Virus record (IMG/VR): IMGVR_UViG_3300009506_000005
Span: 49,770 to 113,769 of that record
Origin: a virus
DNA: 64,000 nucleotides
Reading direction: 5' to 3' (one strand)
A program made the position numbers and the translations under genes. This document shows, piece after piece, positions 46,782 through 56,557 of the stretch. How positions within the stretch are numbered: position 1 is the first letter of the stretch; each line of letters opens with the position of its first letter. The notes beneath the pieces are model-generated. The model searched no databases. It was not told where the DNA came from and saw only the letters and a program-made list of their open reading frames with translations.

Positions 46782-48057
46782 TACACAGAAATATTTTCGG
46801 CTGGACGAGCCTTCGCTTTGTGATTGCTCACAAAAGAATGTTGTTGATTCTGAAGACTGCGTCCTGATAAACGATTGCTGCAATGATGGCGCTCCAAGAA
46901 CGGTAAAGGCACATTCTGTGGCAAGGGTCCCGGAAGTATTTAATGTGCAGACGGATGACTATACGCTTGAGCAAGACGATGCGATCAAGACGATTCAAAT
47001 TTCCATGGAGACAACCGCGTTTGTGACGGTGCCAAAGAATCAGACTATCTCTATTGGAATTGGATCTGTTTTCAATATCGATAATATCTGCGATGAGAAT
47101 GTGATAGTGATGCTGGACTCTGGAGTGGTCCTGCGCTCTAGAGACGGTGCAAATATCATCCCTCCATATTCGTCAGCCCGTCTCAAGAAGATAGGCGAAG
47201 ACGAGTGGTTGCTTACTGGGGATCTCTCTGGAAGCACTCCGAAATTTACATGCACAAGCACTGGGGTCCTGAGCATTATCACGAGAGGACCAGCCGATAC
47301 TGGAATGTGGGTGAATTGGGGAGATGGTTCAGATCTTGAATGGATAGCTCACGTTGGGATATCGACGGATGTAACAACAAACCACGATTACGACGGATCG
47401 CCAGGAACAAAGGAGATCGCCTTCACGGGTCTTCTTGAGCAGATTACCAAGTTCAGGGTGACGGATCCTGAATTTGGCGGGTCCATGCAGGCAGTGGCAG
47501 CGTTTGCAGGTCTCACATATTTGAATCTGGCATTCACAGCTATTGAGGGATCTCTTGAAGACATCTCAGGTTTGACGTCATTGGAGGTAGTGTATCTATA
47601 CAACATAGATGGTCTTGTTGGAGATCTTGAGGCACTCGTTCCGCTCACAAATATCACCCATCTTTACCTGTATAGCACCGGAATACAGGGAGACGTTTCA
47701 GAGCTGTATTGCCTGTCATCAATGAGAGATTTTCGTGTCAACAGTCTTGGCGCTTCAATAGTGGGAAACGTGGGATCACTTTCAGCATGGGAAGAGTTGA
47801 CTTGCCTGTACGTTCAGTACACGTCTGCTAGCTACGTGACCGCAGTTCTCCCCGTGTGGGATGGGATATTGTGGAGATTCCAAGGATGTGCACTGACTGA
47901 ATTGGAAGTAGACAGCGTTTTGATAGATCTTGCTTCCAGTGGTTCCGTGAATGGGAACTTGAATATCTCCGGAGACAACGCTGCGAGATCCTCGGCGAGT
48001 GATTCCGCATTGGCTACACTGTTGGCAAATGGATGGACGGTAACGGTTAATGAGTGA
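46774..48057 (+). CDS. leucine-rich-repeat protein with PKD-like motif
   Basis: NWGDGS; repeats G(S/D)L..L..LT.L..L.L..T.I; lower GC. Confidence 0.7.
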   Translation: MSNTQKYFRLDEPSLCDCSQKNVVDSEDCVLINDCCNDGAPRTVKAHSVARVPEVFNVQTDDYTLEQDDAIKTIQISMETTAFVTVPKNQTISIGIGSVFNIDNICDENVIVMLDSGVVLRSRDGANIIPPYSSARLKKIGEDEWLLTGDLSGSTPKFTCTSTGVLSIITRGPADTGMWVNWGDGSDLEWIAHVGISTDVTTNHDYDGSPGTKEIAFTGLLEQITKFRVTDPEFGGSMQAVAAFAGLTYLNLAFTAIEGSLEDISGLTSLEVVYLYNIDGLVGDLEALVPLTNITHLYLYSTGIQGDVSELYCLSSMRDFRVNSLGASIVGNVGSLSAWEELTCLYVQYTSASYVTAVLPVWDGILWRFQGCALTELEVDSVLIDLASSGSVNGNLNISGDNAARSSASDSALATLLANGWTVTVNE

Positions 48058-48286
48058 AATCAGAGACAAGAGGTTCCATTTGATATGGAACAATGCTTCT
48101 CGGGAGATCATTCTTGAATATGAGGCTGAGAATCCGAGAACGGTGACCTATTGGTCTCGTCTGGATCTATCCGGTTCTGGGTATGATTTAGAACTAGATA
48201 AGGATGCGAAGATAGAGTCAGACAGACTCATCCGGACACCAAGCGCAGTTACCGATCCTGGCGTGCTTGAGAGCAGGGTTCGATGA
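48050..48286 (+). CDS. hypothetical protein
   Basis: overlaps both neighbours; lower GC. Confidence 0.45.
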   Translation: MSEIRDKRFHLIWNNASREIILEYEAENPRTVTYWSRLDLSGSGYDLELDKDAKIESDRLIRTPSAVTDPGVLESRVR

Positions 48287-48867
48287 GCAGGGAGATCAAG
48301 CTTGGTGACGAGGTCATCGATCAGTTCCCGATCTGGATGGATGACGGGTACTCCAAGAAGTCTGGGGAGTCTTCTTTCTCCGTCAACCTGTGGCATGGGG
48401 GAGTTCCGAGTGCTGTACCCGTGACGATCACCGAGATAGGATCATCCGGGGAATACAGGGTGAGATTCACGCCGGACGCACTTGGCTTCTGGCTTCTTGA
48501 GGTCGTTCCGGATTATGATCACCAACCATGGCAGGGTGAGTACGACGTTGACTACGGAGGAGAGACGGACATCCAGGTCAACGGGGCGATCTCGGACGAC
48601 ACGGCTACGGTCAAGGCGGCGCTGTGGCTGGAGATAGATGGCGAGCCGGTCACGGATGTTGATTCGATGTCTGCGAAGGTGAAGGAACCGGATGGGACGG
48701 AGGTTGTCGATCTCGGGACGTCCGTCACACCGAGCGCCGATGGCGTGTTCGAGTTCAGCTTCTCCACCTCTCTGCTCGCCTCGCACACGCCATACCTCAT
48801 CGCTGCGACGGTGGCGAAGGGGAGCAGGATGTGGAACGGGAACTTCGGGTTCGTGAAGGTGGGATAG
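48283..48867 (+). CDS. Ig-like structural protein
   Basis: VTITEIGSSGEYRVRFTP..G.W. Confidence 0.55.
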   Translation: MSREIKLGDEVIDQFPIWMDDGYSKKSGESSFSVNLWHGGVPSAVPVTITEIGSSGEYRVRFTPDALGFWLLEVVPDYDHQPWQGEYDVDYGGETDIQVNGAISDDTATVKAALWLEIDGEPVTDVDSMSAKVKEPDGTEVVDLGTSVTPSADGVFEFSFSTSLLASHTPYLIAATVAKGSRMWNGNFGFVKVG

Positions 48868-49152
48868 ATGCCGGCTGGAGTGATCATATCTGACAAGTTC
48901 TGGATCATCGGCCCGAAGTTCGCCATCTACGGTACGACGACCCTGCGTCCCACATCCACGAAGGCGATCGATCTCAAGCCGGATCCCACGATGGCGCTGG
49001 AGCTGAGGCCGCACTCCGTGTCAGCCGTTGACGAGAGCGTAACGCCAGCCGCGGATCTCAGGCCACTGTCAACAAGCGTGGCCGATCTCCGTCCTGAGCC
49101 GCGCAGTGCTCAAGATCTCCGTCCAACGCCTGTATCGGCGAGCGAGGAGTAG
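48868..49152 (+). CDS. small protein with ~10-aa DLRP repeats
   Basis: TLRP/DLKP/ELRP/DLRP x3. Confidence 0.55.
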   Translation: MPAGVIISDKFWIIGPKFAIYGTTTLRPTSTKAIDLKPDPTMALELRPHSVSAVDESVTPAADLRPLSTSVADLRPEPRSAQDLRPTPVSASEE

Positions 49153-49156
49153 CGAT

Positions 49157-50182
49157 ATGGCAGCGATCAAGTTCAGGTGGACGGTCAACGAGCTCGCGAA
49201 CGTCCTGACGAAATTCGATGTCCAGAAGGTCTACCGCAGCACGGCGGGACCCACGGGACCTTGGAACGAGATCACGACACCGGCAACACGGGTTCCGCTC
49301 GTGGCCGGCGTGGAGAGCTACCTCTACGACGACATGGCCGGGGACGCGTCCTACTACTATGCGAGCGCGTACTTCAACACGTCCACCCTGGAGGAGTCCA
49401 ACCTCTCCGATCCGATCCGCGGGGATCTGGTCGGCTACATCACCATCGAGGACGTGCGGGCGCAGGGCTTCACCGATCCTCCCTACTCGGATGCCCAGGT
49501 CATCGATGCCATCGAGACGGCGACGGCCATCATCGATACCGTGACGGGGAAGTGGTTTGAGCCACGGACGCGGACGTTCAAGCTCGATGGGAGGATAGAC
49601 GTGAGGGGCGTGGACCTCCTGCTCAAGATCCCGATCATCGCCGCGACGAAGCTGACCATCGATGACGAGGAGCAGAACCTGGAGGACTTCATCGTCTACA
49701 ACCGCCACCTGACGCAGGGGCTCTCCAACCCGGATGACAGGTACAACCCACATATCGCGTGGGATGATCACTACGCTCTGCTCCCCCCGTATCCCGTGCG
49801 CATCGGCTTCGGTGAGCCGTTCTTGACCGGGAGGCAGCTGATCGAGCTGGAAGGCATCTTCGGCTGGACCGAGCTCGGTGCCTCGGATCCCGTGGGAGAG
49901 ACAACGCCCGGCTCTCAGGTGCCTCTCTCGTATGGTGACACCCCGAAGTTGATCAAGCGCGCGGCGTTGATGCTGGTTGCCGACAACATCGAGCCCATCG
50001 CCGATGGTGGGACCATCGGGCCAAGCGGCCCGGTGACGAAGGAGAAGACGAGGGATCAAGAGGTGACTTTCGCGTCCGGGTCGAAGACAGCCACGGCGGC
50101 TGCCTACAGCCTGACTGGGAACGTCCGCGTTGACGCCATGCTCATGGCCTTCCAAGCGCCGCTTGGACTGGGGGCGGTATGA
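49157..50182 (+). CDS. head-tail adaptor with N-terminal FN3-like domain
   Basis: YITIEDVRAQG, ID..TG.WFEPR, TP.LIKRA. Confidence 0.7.
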   Translation: MAAIKFRWTVNELANVLTKFDVQKVYRSTAGPTGPWNEITTPATRVPLVAGVESYLYDDMAGDASYYYASAYFNTSTLEESNLSDPIRGDLVGYITIEDVRAQGFTDPPYSDAQVIDAIETATAIIDTVTGKWFEPRTRTFKLDGRIDVRGVDLLLKIPIIAATKLTIDDEEQNLEDFIVYNRHLTQGLSNPDDRYNPHIAWDDHYALLPPYPVRIGFGEPFLTGRQLIELEGIFGWTELGASDPVGETTPGSQVPLSYGDTPKLIKRAALMLVADNIEPIADGGTIGPSGPVTKEKTRDQEVTFASGSKTATAAAYSLTGNVRVDAMLMAFQAPLGLGAV

Positions 50183-50691
50183 CCTATAGGGGTAGGCTCA
50201 TCCAGGTATTCATGCTCATCGTGGAGCGCCTGGACACGGATGCGACGGGGACCAACCCTGGCCTGGGGTACGATGATGTCTTCGGAGCACCGAAGCTGGA
50301 GGATGACGGCAGCCAGCTCGGGGCGCCCTCGGAGAAGTTCCATCCCCAGGATAGCATCCCCTGCCAGGTCGACAGGAACGTGTGGGGCCAGGAGGAGATG
50401 AGCGGTGGTGGAGGTGAGCAGGCCACCGAGGCGGTCTTCACCCTGCACTTCAAGGACCTGGAGCGGCTCGGGCTCGTGCGCGCCGATGGTTCTCCGAGGT
50501 TCAGCATCGGAGACAAGATTGTGGAGCTGCGGCGGAAGTCCGGGGCGCTCGTGCGGTCTTGGGCAGACAAGCCGCTCTACGTGACGCAGGTTGAGGATGC
50601 AGGCATGGGCATCGACATCGGGGCACCGACCAGGAACCTGCTCTACCTCCATGCTCAGTTCCGGCGGAAGGGTGAGGCAGCCAGGCGATGA
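50179..50691 (+). CDS. head closure/stopper protein
   Basis: position; IPCQVD, HFKDLE. Confidence 0.55.
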   Translation: MTYRGRLIQVFMLIVERLDTDATGTNPGLGYDDVFGAPKLEDDGSQLGAPSEKFHPQDSIPCQVDRNVWGQEEMSGGGGEQATEAVFTLHFKDLERLGLVRADGSPRFSIGDKIVELRRKSGALVRSWADKPLYVTQVEDAGMGIDIGAPTRNLLYLHAQFRRKGEAARR

Positions 50692-51323
50692 TGAAGGCCA
50701 TCCCATTCGGGTTCGTGGAGAACGGCGTGCGCATGACGAGCGCGGCGGCTGTCCTCGCGGCCGAGGCCAACATCGTCCTCGCGCAGGAGGCCGAGTTCCT
50801 CAAGGCCGGGATCCGCTCGGGTCTCCGTAGCCAGTCCCCAGGAGGCAGGAGGTTGACGCCGTTGGCGCAGGTCACCCTGGATTTGCGGACGGTTGGCGCC
50901 AGCGGGCGCTCCGGGAAGAAGAGGAAAAAGGCCGGGACGAAGGCCTTGATCTACAACGCGGACATGCTGAACTCCGTGAACGTCACGAAGGTGAAGAAGA
51001 GCGAGTTCTTCGTCGGCATCCATCGCAAGGAGCGGTCCACGTTCGGCGAGCGCCTGTACAACATCGCCATGATCCAGGAGGAGGGGAGCAAGCCCTACTC
51101 GATTCCAGTGACGGAGAGCCTGCACAGGTTTTTCATCTTCCTCAAGATCGAGGGGATCGTGTCCGGGATCCCGAGAGTGGGGAGCACGATCAAGCACCCG
51201 GGTCTCAAGGCGCGGCCGTTCCTCGTGCCGGCGTTCAACGAGTGGCAGAAGAAGTCCGAGAAGCGTTACGCGAATCGGATGCTGTCGAAGATGGGGCCCT
51301 ACGGCTTCCGGATGAGGGGTTAG
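50688..51323 (+). CDS. neck / virion morphogenesis protein
   Basis: KALI..ADM.NS, IA.IQEEG, ARPFL.PAF. Confidence 0.7.
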   Translation: MMKAIPFGFVENGVRMTSAAAVLAAEANIVLAQEAEFLKAGIRSGLRSQSPGGRRLTPLAQVTLDLRTVGASGRSGKKRKKAGTKALIYNADMLNSVNVTKVKKSEFFVGIHRKERSTFGERLYNIAMIQEEGSKPYSIPVTESLHRFFIFLKIEGIVSGIPRVGSTIKHPGLKARPFLVPAFNEWQKKSEKRYANRMLSKMGPYGFRMRG

Positions 51324-51326
51324 GCC

Positions 51327-52298
51327 ATGGCCGTTCCAACGATTTCAGGTGTCGATCCAACGAGCGGGCCCACGAAGGGCACGAACGTGGTGAAGATCTC
51401 CGGCACGGGCTTCCGGCTTCCTCCCACGCCGCCACCTGGCCCGGTTGGTGGTGCAGCCCAGAGAACGGTCAGCGTCCAGTTTGATGGCCGGGAGTCCGAT
51501 TGGGCGCACGCCATCACCGACTCGCTGATCTACGCCCGTGTCCCGGAATGGAGGGGGCCTGCCGATGCGACGATGCCGGTCGCGCTCGATGTCCGCGTGG
51601 CGAACCTCGATGACTCCGGCGTGGAGATCCCTGGAGAGAACGTCACGGCGGCAGGCGCATACTCCGTGGACAGGCCGAAGCTCTCGGTGCAGACGGACTT
51701 CCAGAACGTGATCAGGGAGTTGATCGATCTCATCCGGCGGCATGTTGTCCCGAACGTTTGGCTCACTATCTCGGCGGAGTACGATGATACCTATGCCGAT
51801 GGCCTGGACATCCCGAAGCAGGCCGATCTTCCGGTAATCCACCTCGCAGGGCCAGCGACGCCAGAGAACCGCTTCTACTCCCTGAATCGCTTGGATCCGG
51901 AGGAAGACCCGGCGGATGCGGATGCGTGGATCCAGAAGAAAGAGCCCGTGACGGTGGACCTGGACTTCGAGATCATCGGGTGGGCGGACCATCCAGATCA
52001 CCTGTACGGCATGGGCCAGGCGCTCTCCCTGCTCTTCCGTGATCACAAGTGGCTCTACGTTCCGATAGACCCCAATGATCCGGCGCAGGGCGAGAAGCGA
52101 TATGAACTCGATCAGGGGAAGGACTTCGGGGGCCAGCCGGAGTACGACACCCCTCCAGCCGTTGACAACTTGCGGAACTTCCGCGCGTCTTGTACGATCC
52201 GGGGTGTAGATATAGACGAGCGGGACGGAATTATCATCCGGCGCGGTTGGAACGCATACGTCGATTCTGGCTACGTGCTCGACATTCAGTCGATTTAG
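51327..52298 (+). CDS. IPT/TIG domain + probable tail terminator
   Basis: PTISGVDPTSGPTKG..VKISGTGF; precedes sheath. Confidence 0.65.
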   Translation: MAVPTISGVDPTSGPTKGTNVVKISGTGFRLPPTPPPGPVGGAAQRTVSVQFDGRESDWAHAITDSLIYARVPEWRGPADATMPVALDVRVANLDDSGVEIPGENVTAAGAYSVDRPKLSVQTDFQNVIRELIDLIRRHVVPNVWLTISAEYDDTYADGLDIPKQADLPVIHLAGPATPENRFYSLNRLDPEEDPADADAWIQKKEPVTVDLDFEIIGWADHPDHLYGMGQALSLLFRDHKWLYVPIDPNDPAQGEKRYELDQGKDFGGQPEYDTPPAVDNLRNFRASCTIRGVDIDERDGIIIRRGWNAYVDSGYVLDIQSI

Positions 52299-52316
52299 GC
52301 CGCAACGGAGGACTCG

Positions 52317-52733
52317 ATGAGCAAGGCAAAAGAACCCACCGTCAAGATCACCAACAAGACCAGGATGCCCCTTCCGCTTTCGTTCACGCACGCAGAGGTG
52401 TGCGGACCGATCGGACGGTGTATCTGCGACAGGATAGGGAAAGGCGGTACAATCCACCTCGCCGCCATGGAGAAGGGCAGAGAGGTCCATCCACGTCTTT
52501 TGTTCGCTCGCCAGTTCAAGGCAGCGGAGAAAAGCGGAGCGATCAGCGTGAATCGGGTGATGCCGAAGGCGACAGACAAGGACGCCAAGGCTGAGGAGCC
52601 CGACAAGGTGAAGCCAAGCGATAGCGAGGACGCGAGTGCCGAGGAGGCCGAAGAGGTGACCGAGGAGGTGACCGAGGAAGAGCCACAGGCCAGCGAGCCC
52701 GCAAAGAAGACCAAGGGCAAGAAGAAGAAGTAG
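52317..52733 (+). CDS. hypothetical protein
   Basis: GGAGG SD; HxxxC..CxC. Confidence 0.55.
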   Translation: MSKAKEPTVKITNKTRMPLPLSFTHAEVCGPIGRCICDRIGKGGTIHLAAMEKGREVHPRLLFARQFKAAEKSGAISVNRVMPKATDKDAKAEEPDKVKPSDSEDASAEEAEEVTEEVTEEEPQASEPAKKTKGKKKK

Positions 52734-52754
52734 TAAGTCCAAGGGAGGAAAACG

Positions 52755-54995
52755 ATGGCTTCAACCGAATTGCTGGCTTCCAAGATCGTCATTCTCGAAG
52801 AGGCGCCGCGCATCCCGGCGATCGCCCCGCAGCCCACCGCCGTCACCGGCGTCGTTGGGATCTGCGAGCGCGGACCCATCGGCGTCCCCACTCTCGTGAC
52901 CTCCCAGGAGGAGTACACGGAGATCTTCGGCGGGTACACGCTCAACAGCGGGCCCGCCATCGCCGCGCAGGGGTTCTTCCAGAACGGAGGCTCGTTCCTC
53001 TGGGTGGTGAGAACCTGTCACTACACGGATATCCTGGACCCGGACGCCTTCACCGCGACGAAGGGCGAGCGGATGCTCCAGACCGTTGGTGGCGCTGACT
53101 CCCCGGCGCAGGTGACGAGCACTCTGGCCGAGACCTATCAGCTCGCGCACAACGACACGCTCGATATCAGCGTGGACGGCGGGGGCCCGGCCACGGCGCA
53201 GTTCCAGGCGACGGCCGCACAGGCGATCTGCAACGGGCCGTTCCCGATCGCCCCTCTTCCCGCCGGCGTGAACATGACGCTCACGATCGGTGGCGTGGCG
53301 CACGTCGTCAACTCGGGGATCGGCGGCCAGACCACGGCCCTCGACATCTCGGATCTGATCAACCAACAGATCACCGGAGCATACGCCTTCGCGCTCGGTG
53401 CCCAGGTCTACATCATGACCGACAAGAAGGGCACTGGGCAGAGCATCACGGTGGCGGCCGGCGCCCCGGACATGGCGGCCCTCATCGCCCTCCCCACGGG
53501 AACCACGAGCGGCGGCGGGAACGTGGCCGACATCGATGCGGTGACGGGTGCGGAGGTCAAGACCAGGGTTGAGGCAGCGGTGGCCGGAACCGCGGTCACG
53601 GTCAACGGCAACGGGACGATCACGATCGCCACGGTGGCGGTTGGTCCCACGCACGACATCCAGGTGCAGGCGAGTTCCACGGCCGACACGAAGATCGGCC
53701 TGGACAACCTGCTCCACACGGGTGGAACGGCCACGCCGCAGGACACGCTCAAAGTGGAGGGCAAGACGGAGGGGTCGTACACCGACAACATCACGATCCT
53801 CATCGCCGATGCCACGAACGGCGAGGCGGACTCCTTCAACCTGTCCGTGATCGTCTCCGGGGTCGTGACCGAGGTCTACCCGAACATCACGATGGACAGC
53901 ACGAGCGCGTCCTACGCGGAGACGGTCATCAACCACGCGAGCCTGGGCAGCAACCTGATCAGCGTGGAGGACCAGAGCGCCACGGGGACGCTGGAGGAGC
54001 GGAAGCCGGCCAACGGGACGTCGGCGGCCCTGGCCGGTGGCGGTGATGGCCTGGCGGGCATCGTGGACATCGACTTCCTCGGGAGCGAGGCGGCGAAGAA
54101 CGGGATGTACGCGCTGGACCTGGTTCAGCAACTCGGCCTCCTGATCATCCCCGGGAAGACGGGGAACTCGATCGCGAACGGGATGCTGGACTACTGCGAG
54201 GGCCACAGGAACGGCGGGACGTTCGCCATACTCGACCCGCCTCCGCTGGCCACGGTGCCGACGGCGCAGGACATGGTGACCTACGTGGAGCTCACCACGG
54301 CGATCCTGGGCAAGTCCGAGTTCGGTGCCATCTACTGGCCGCAGATCCTGATCACCAACCCGAGCACCACGGTGTTCGGGGACGGAGAGACGATCCCCGT
54401 GCCGCCCTCGGGCCACATCGCGGGTGTCTACGCCCGGAACGACGCGAGGATCGGCGGGGTCTACGAGAACCCGGCAGGTGTCGAGCAGAACGCCGGCACC
54501 GTGCTCGGGTGCGTGGGCTTCGAGACGGACGAGGTCCTGGACGAGCGGAAGCGGGACCTCATCTACCCGAAGCGCATCAACCCCATCACCCAGCTCCCCG
54601 GGACGCCGCGCCACATCGACGGGTCGCGGACGCTCAAGTCCACGGGCAACTTCCCGTACATCGGCGAGCGCCGGGGCGTGATCTTCATCGAGCAGTCCTT
54701 GAAGAACGGGCTGGTCTGGGTGAAGCACCGCCCGAACAATAGGGTGCTCCGACAGCGGGTGCGGAGGTCGGTCACGGCCTTCCTCCTGCGACAGCTGGAC
54801 GTGGGGGCCTTCCGGTCCACGGTCCCGAGCGAGGCGTTCAGAGTGGACGTGAGCGATGCCCTGAACCCGCCTGCGGTGGAGTTCGCCGGGCAGCTCAAGA
54901 TCAGGATCGGCCTCGCCACGAACAAGCCGGCCGAGTTCGTGATCCTGCTCGTGACGCAGGACACGCGGGCCTTCGAGGAGAGCCTCGCCGCCTAG
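52755..54995 (+). CDS. tail sheath protein
   Basis: RGPIG.P.LV, FFQNGG, AIYWP, PPSGHIAG, INPI, PAEFV. Confidence 0.95.
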   Translation: MASTELLASKIVILEEAPRIPAIAPQPTAVTGVVGICERGPIGVPTLVTSQEEYTEIFGGYTLNSGPAIAAQGFFQNGGSFLWVVRTCHYTDILDPDAFTATKGERMLQTVGGADSPAQVTSTLAETYQLAHNDTLDISVDGGGPATAQFQATAAQAICNGPFPIAPLPAGVNMTLTIGGVAHVVNSGIGGQTTALDISDLINQQITGAYAFALGAQVYIMTDKKGTGQSITVAAGAPDMAALIALPTGTTSGGGNVADIDAVTGAEVKTRVEAAVAGTAVTVNGNGTITIATVAVGPTHDIQVQASSTADTKIGLDNLLHTGGTATPQDTLKVEGKTEGSYTDNITILIADATNGEADSFNLSVIVSGVVTEVYPNITMDSTSASYAETVINHASLGSNLISVEDQSATGTLEERKPANGTSAALAGGGDGLAGIVDIDFLGSEAAKNGMYALDLVQQLGLLIIPGKTGNSIANGMLDYCEGHRNGGTFAILDPPPLATVPTAQDMVTYVELTTAILGKSEFGAIYWPQILITNPSTTVFGDGETIPVPPSGHIAGVYARNDARIGGVYENPAGVEQNAGTVLGCVGFETDEVLDERKRDLIYPKRINPITQLPGTPRHIDGSRTLKSTGNFPYIGERRGVIFIEQSLKNGLVWVKHRPNNRVLRQRVRRSVTAFLLRQLDVGAFRSTVPSEAFRVDVSDALNPPAVEFAGQLKIRIGLATNKPAEFVILLVTQDTRAFEESLAA

Positions 54996-55021
54996 AGCGG
55001 TTGACGAAAAGGAGAAGAGGG

Positions 55022-55483
55022 ATGGTTACTCCCAGGACTTGGTGGAAGAAGTTCAAGTTCGTCGTGGAAATCGACGGCGTGGCGCGCGCGGCGTTCAACA
55101 AGTGCAGCGCGATCGAGCCGGAGGTGGCGGACGTGGCCTACTCCGAGGGTGGGGACATCCGTCCCTACCACTCCCCGGGCAACATGACGCAGCCCGAGGT
55201 GACGATGGAGCGCGGGGCCACGGACGATTTCGACCTCTACAACCTGTGGAAGAACACGATCGATGTGGCCACGGGCGAGGGGCTGAACGAGCCGGACCTG
55301 TACTTCGAGTGCGAGATCGTGCAGCTCGACAGGAACGGGGACGAGGTGGAGCGCTACCACCTGTACGACTGCTACGTCCGGAAGTTCTCCTCGGGGGACT
55401 GGGACAACGCGGCGGACGAGGTGAGGCTGGAGGTGGTGACCATCCAGCCGCGCTACGCGGAGCGCATCCCCACGGCCGCCTAG
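55022..55483 (+). CDS. tail tube protein (T4 gp19-like)
   Basis: FKFVVEIDG, EGG, VTMERG; follows sheath. Confidence 0.92.
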   Translation: MVTPRTWWKKFKFVVEIDGVARAAFNKCSAIEPEVADVAYSEGGDIRPYHSPGNMTQPEVTMERGATDDFDLYNLWKNTIDVATGEGLNEPDLYFECEIVQLDRNGDEVERYHLYDCYVRKFSSGDWDNAADEVRLEVVTIQPRYAERIPTAA

Positions 55484-55592
55484 AGGCCGCGTAGACTCTC
55501 TTCGTGAGGGTCCGAGGTAAAGGTTCAACGAGGGCGGCCACAGGATGGCCGCTCTCGTTCGTCGAGGTAAAGGTAACAGAAAGGTCAAGATC

Positions 55593-56393
55593 ATGAGGCG
55601 TGAGATTTTCACATTGCCGTCCGGCGCGCAGCTCGAATTCCGAGGCACGACAGTAGCGGAAGAGGACGCGATGACCGCGCAGAAGAAGCGGGAGTTCCAG
55701 CACGTGAACGACCTGCTCTCCGCGTGTTGTCTCGGGGTCGTGGATCCTGGTCCGTACCCGAACCTACAGGCTGGAGACAAGCCGGACTGGGACAAGATGC
55801 TTGGCGGAGACAGGGGTGCGGCGTTCATTTACCTGCGCACCATCTCCTTCCGCGATGGCAAGGACTACGACTTCGACTGGAGCTGCCCCGCGTGCAAGAA
55901 GAGGCGCGAGTATCGGGTGGACCTGCTCTCGGAGTTCCCGGTGCAGCCACTCAGCGAGGAGAGCGCCGAGGCCTTCCGCGAGGGCCGCGGGTTCGAGATC
56001 GTCGTCGATGGGAAGAAGGTCACATACCGGCATGCCATCGGCAGCGATGCCGAGCGGTTCGAGCTCCTTTCCGAGCAGCACGAAGACCAGGCCTCTTCCG
56101 TCTCGCTCTACTGTCGGATCAAGAGTGTGGAGGGTTTGAAGCAGGGGGAGATCTTACCTTGGCTCCAGGGACTTTCCTCGGACGATGCAGAGGACCTGCG
56201 GGACGCCGTGGACGAGATGGACTGCGGGTTTGACCTGGACACGGAGATGAACTGCCGGTGTGGGTTCAACACCATGATCCAGCTCCCTTTTGTGATCGCC
56301 TTTTTCTTACCGGGTCGCAAGCGAAACAAGCGCAAAAAATCTCGCCGCTTAAAGCACTTGGCTTCGGCTCACTCGGAGAGGATGGAATCGTGA
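55593..56393 (+). CDS. tail assembly chaperone / hub-assembly protein
   Basis: TLPSG, GDR, CPAC, CRCG, LP...FF.P; between tube and TMP. Confidence 0.7.
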   Translation: MRREIFTLPSGAQLEFRGTTVAEEDAMTAQKKREFQHVNDLLSACCLGVVDPGPYPNLQAGDKPDWDKMLGGDRGAAFIYLRTISFRDGKDYDFDWSCPACKKRREYRVDLLSEFPVQPLSEESAEAFREGRGFEIVVDGKKVTYRHAIGSDAERFELLSEQHEDQASSVSLYCRIKSVEGLKQGEILPWLQGLSSDDAEDLRDAVDEMDCGFDLDTEMNCRCGFNTMIQLPFVIAFFLPGRKRNKRKKSRRLKHLASAHSERMES

Positions 56394-56554
56394 AGCTGAT
56401 CCACGAGCTGAACTGGATCCCCACCTTCGGAAGCGGCTGCATCTATCAGCCCTCCGAGGTCATGGCGATGCCAGTAGCTCGGTTGGAGCGGTTGATCGAC
56501 CTCATAATCGAGCAGCGCGAGGACGAGGCGCGGCAGCTGGCGAAGAAGAGGTAG
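56390..56554 (+). CDS. small tail chaperone partner (or -1 frameshift extension)
   Basis: [10 protein letters not shown]; lies in the -1 frame of the upstream gene. Confidence 0.55.
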   Translation: MKLIHELNWIPTFGSGCIYQPSEVMAMPVARLERLIDLIIEQREDEARQLAKKR

Positions 56555-56557
56555 CTC

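Noticed and set aside
52761-54728. Long antisense ORFs (also 37686-39197, 57592-59127, 20140-21546 and others)
   Set aside because: Shadow frames of GC-rich genes; no motifs or SD
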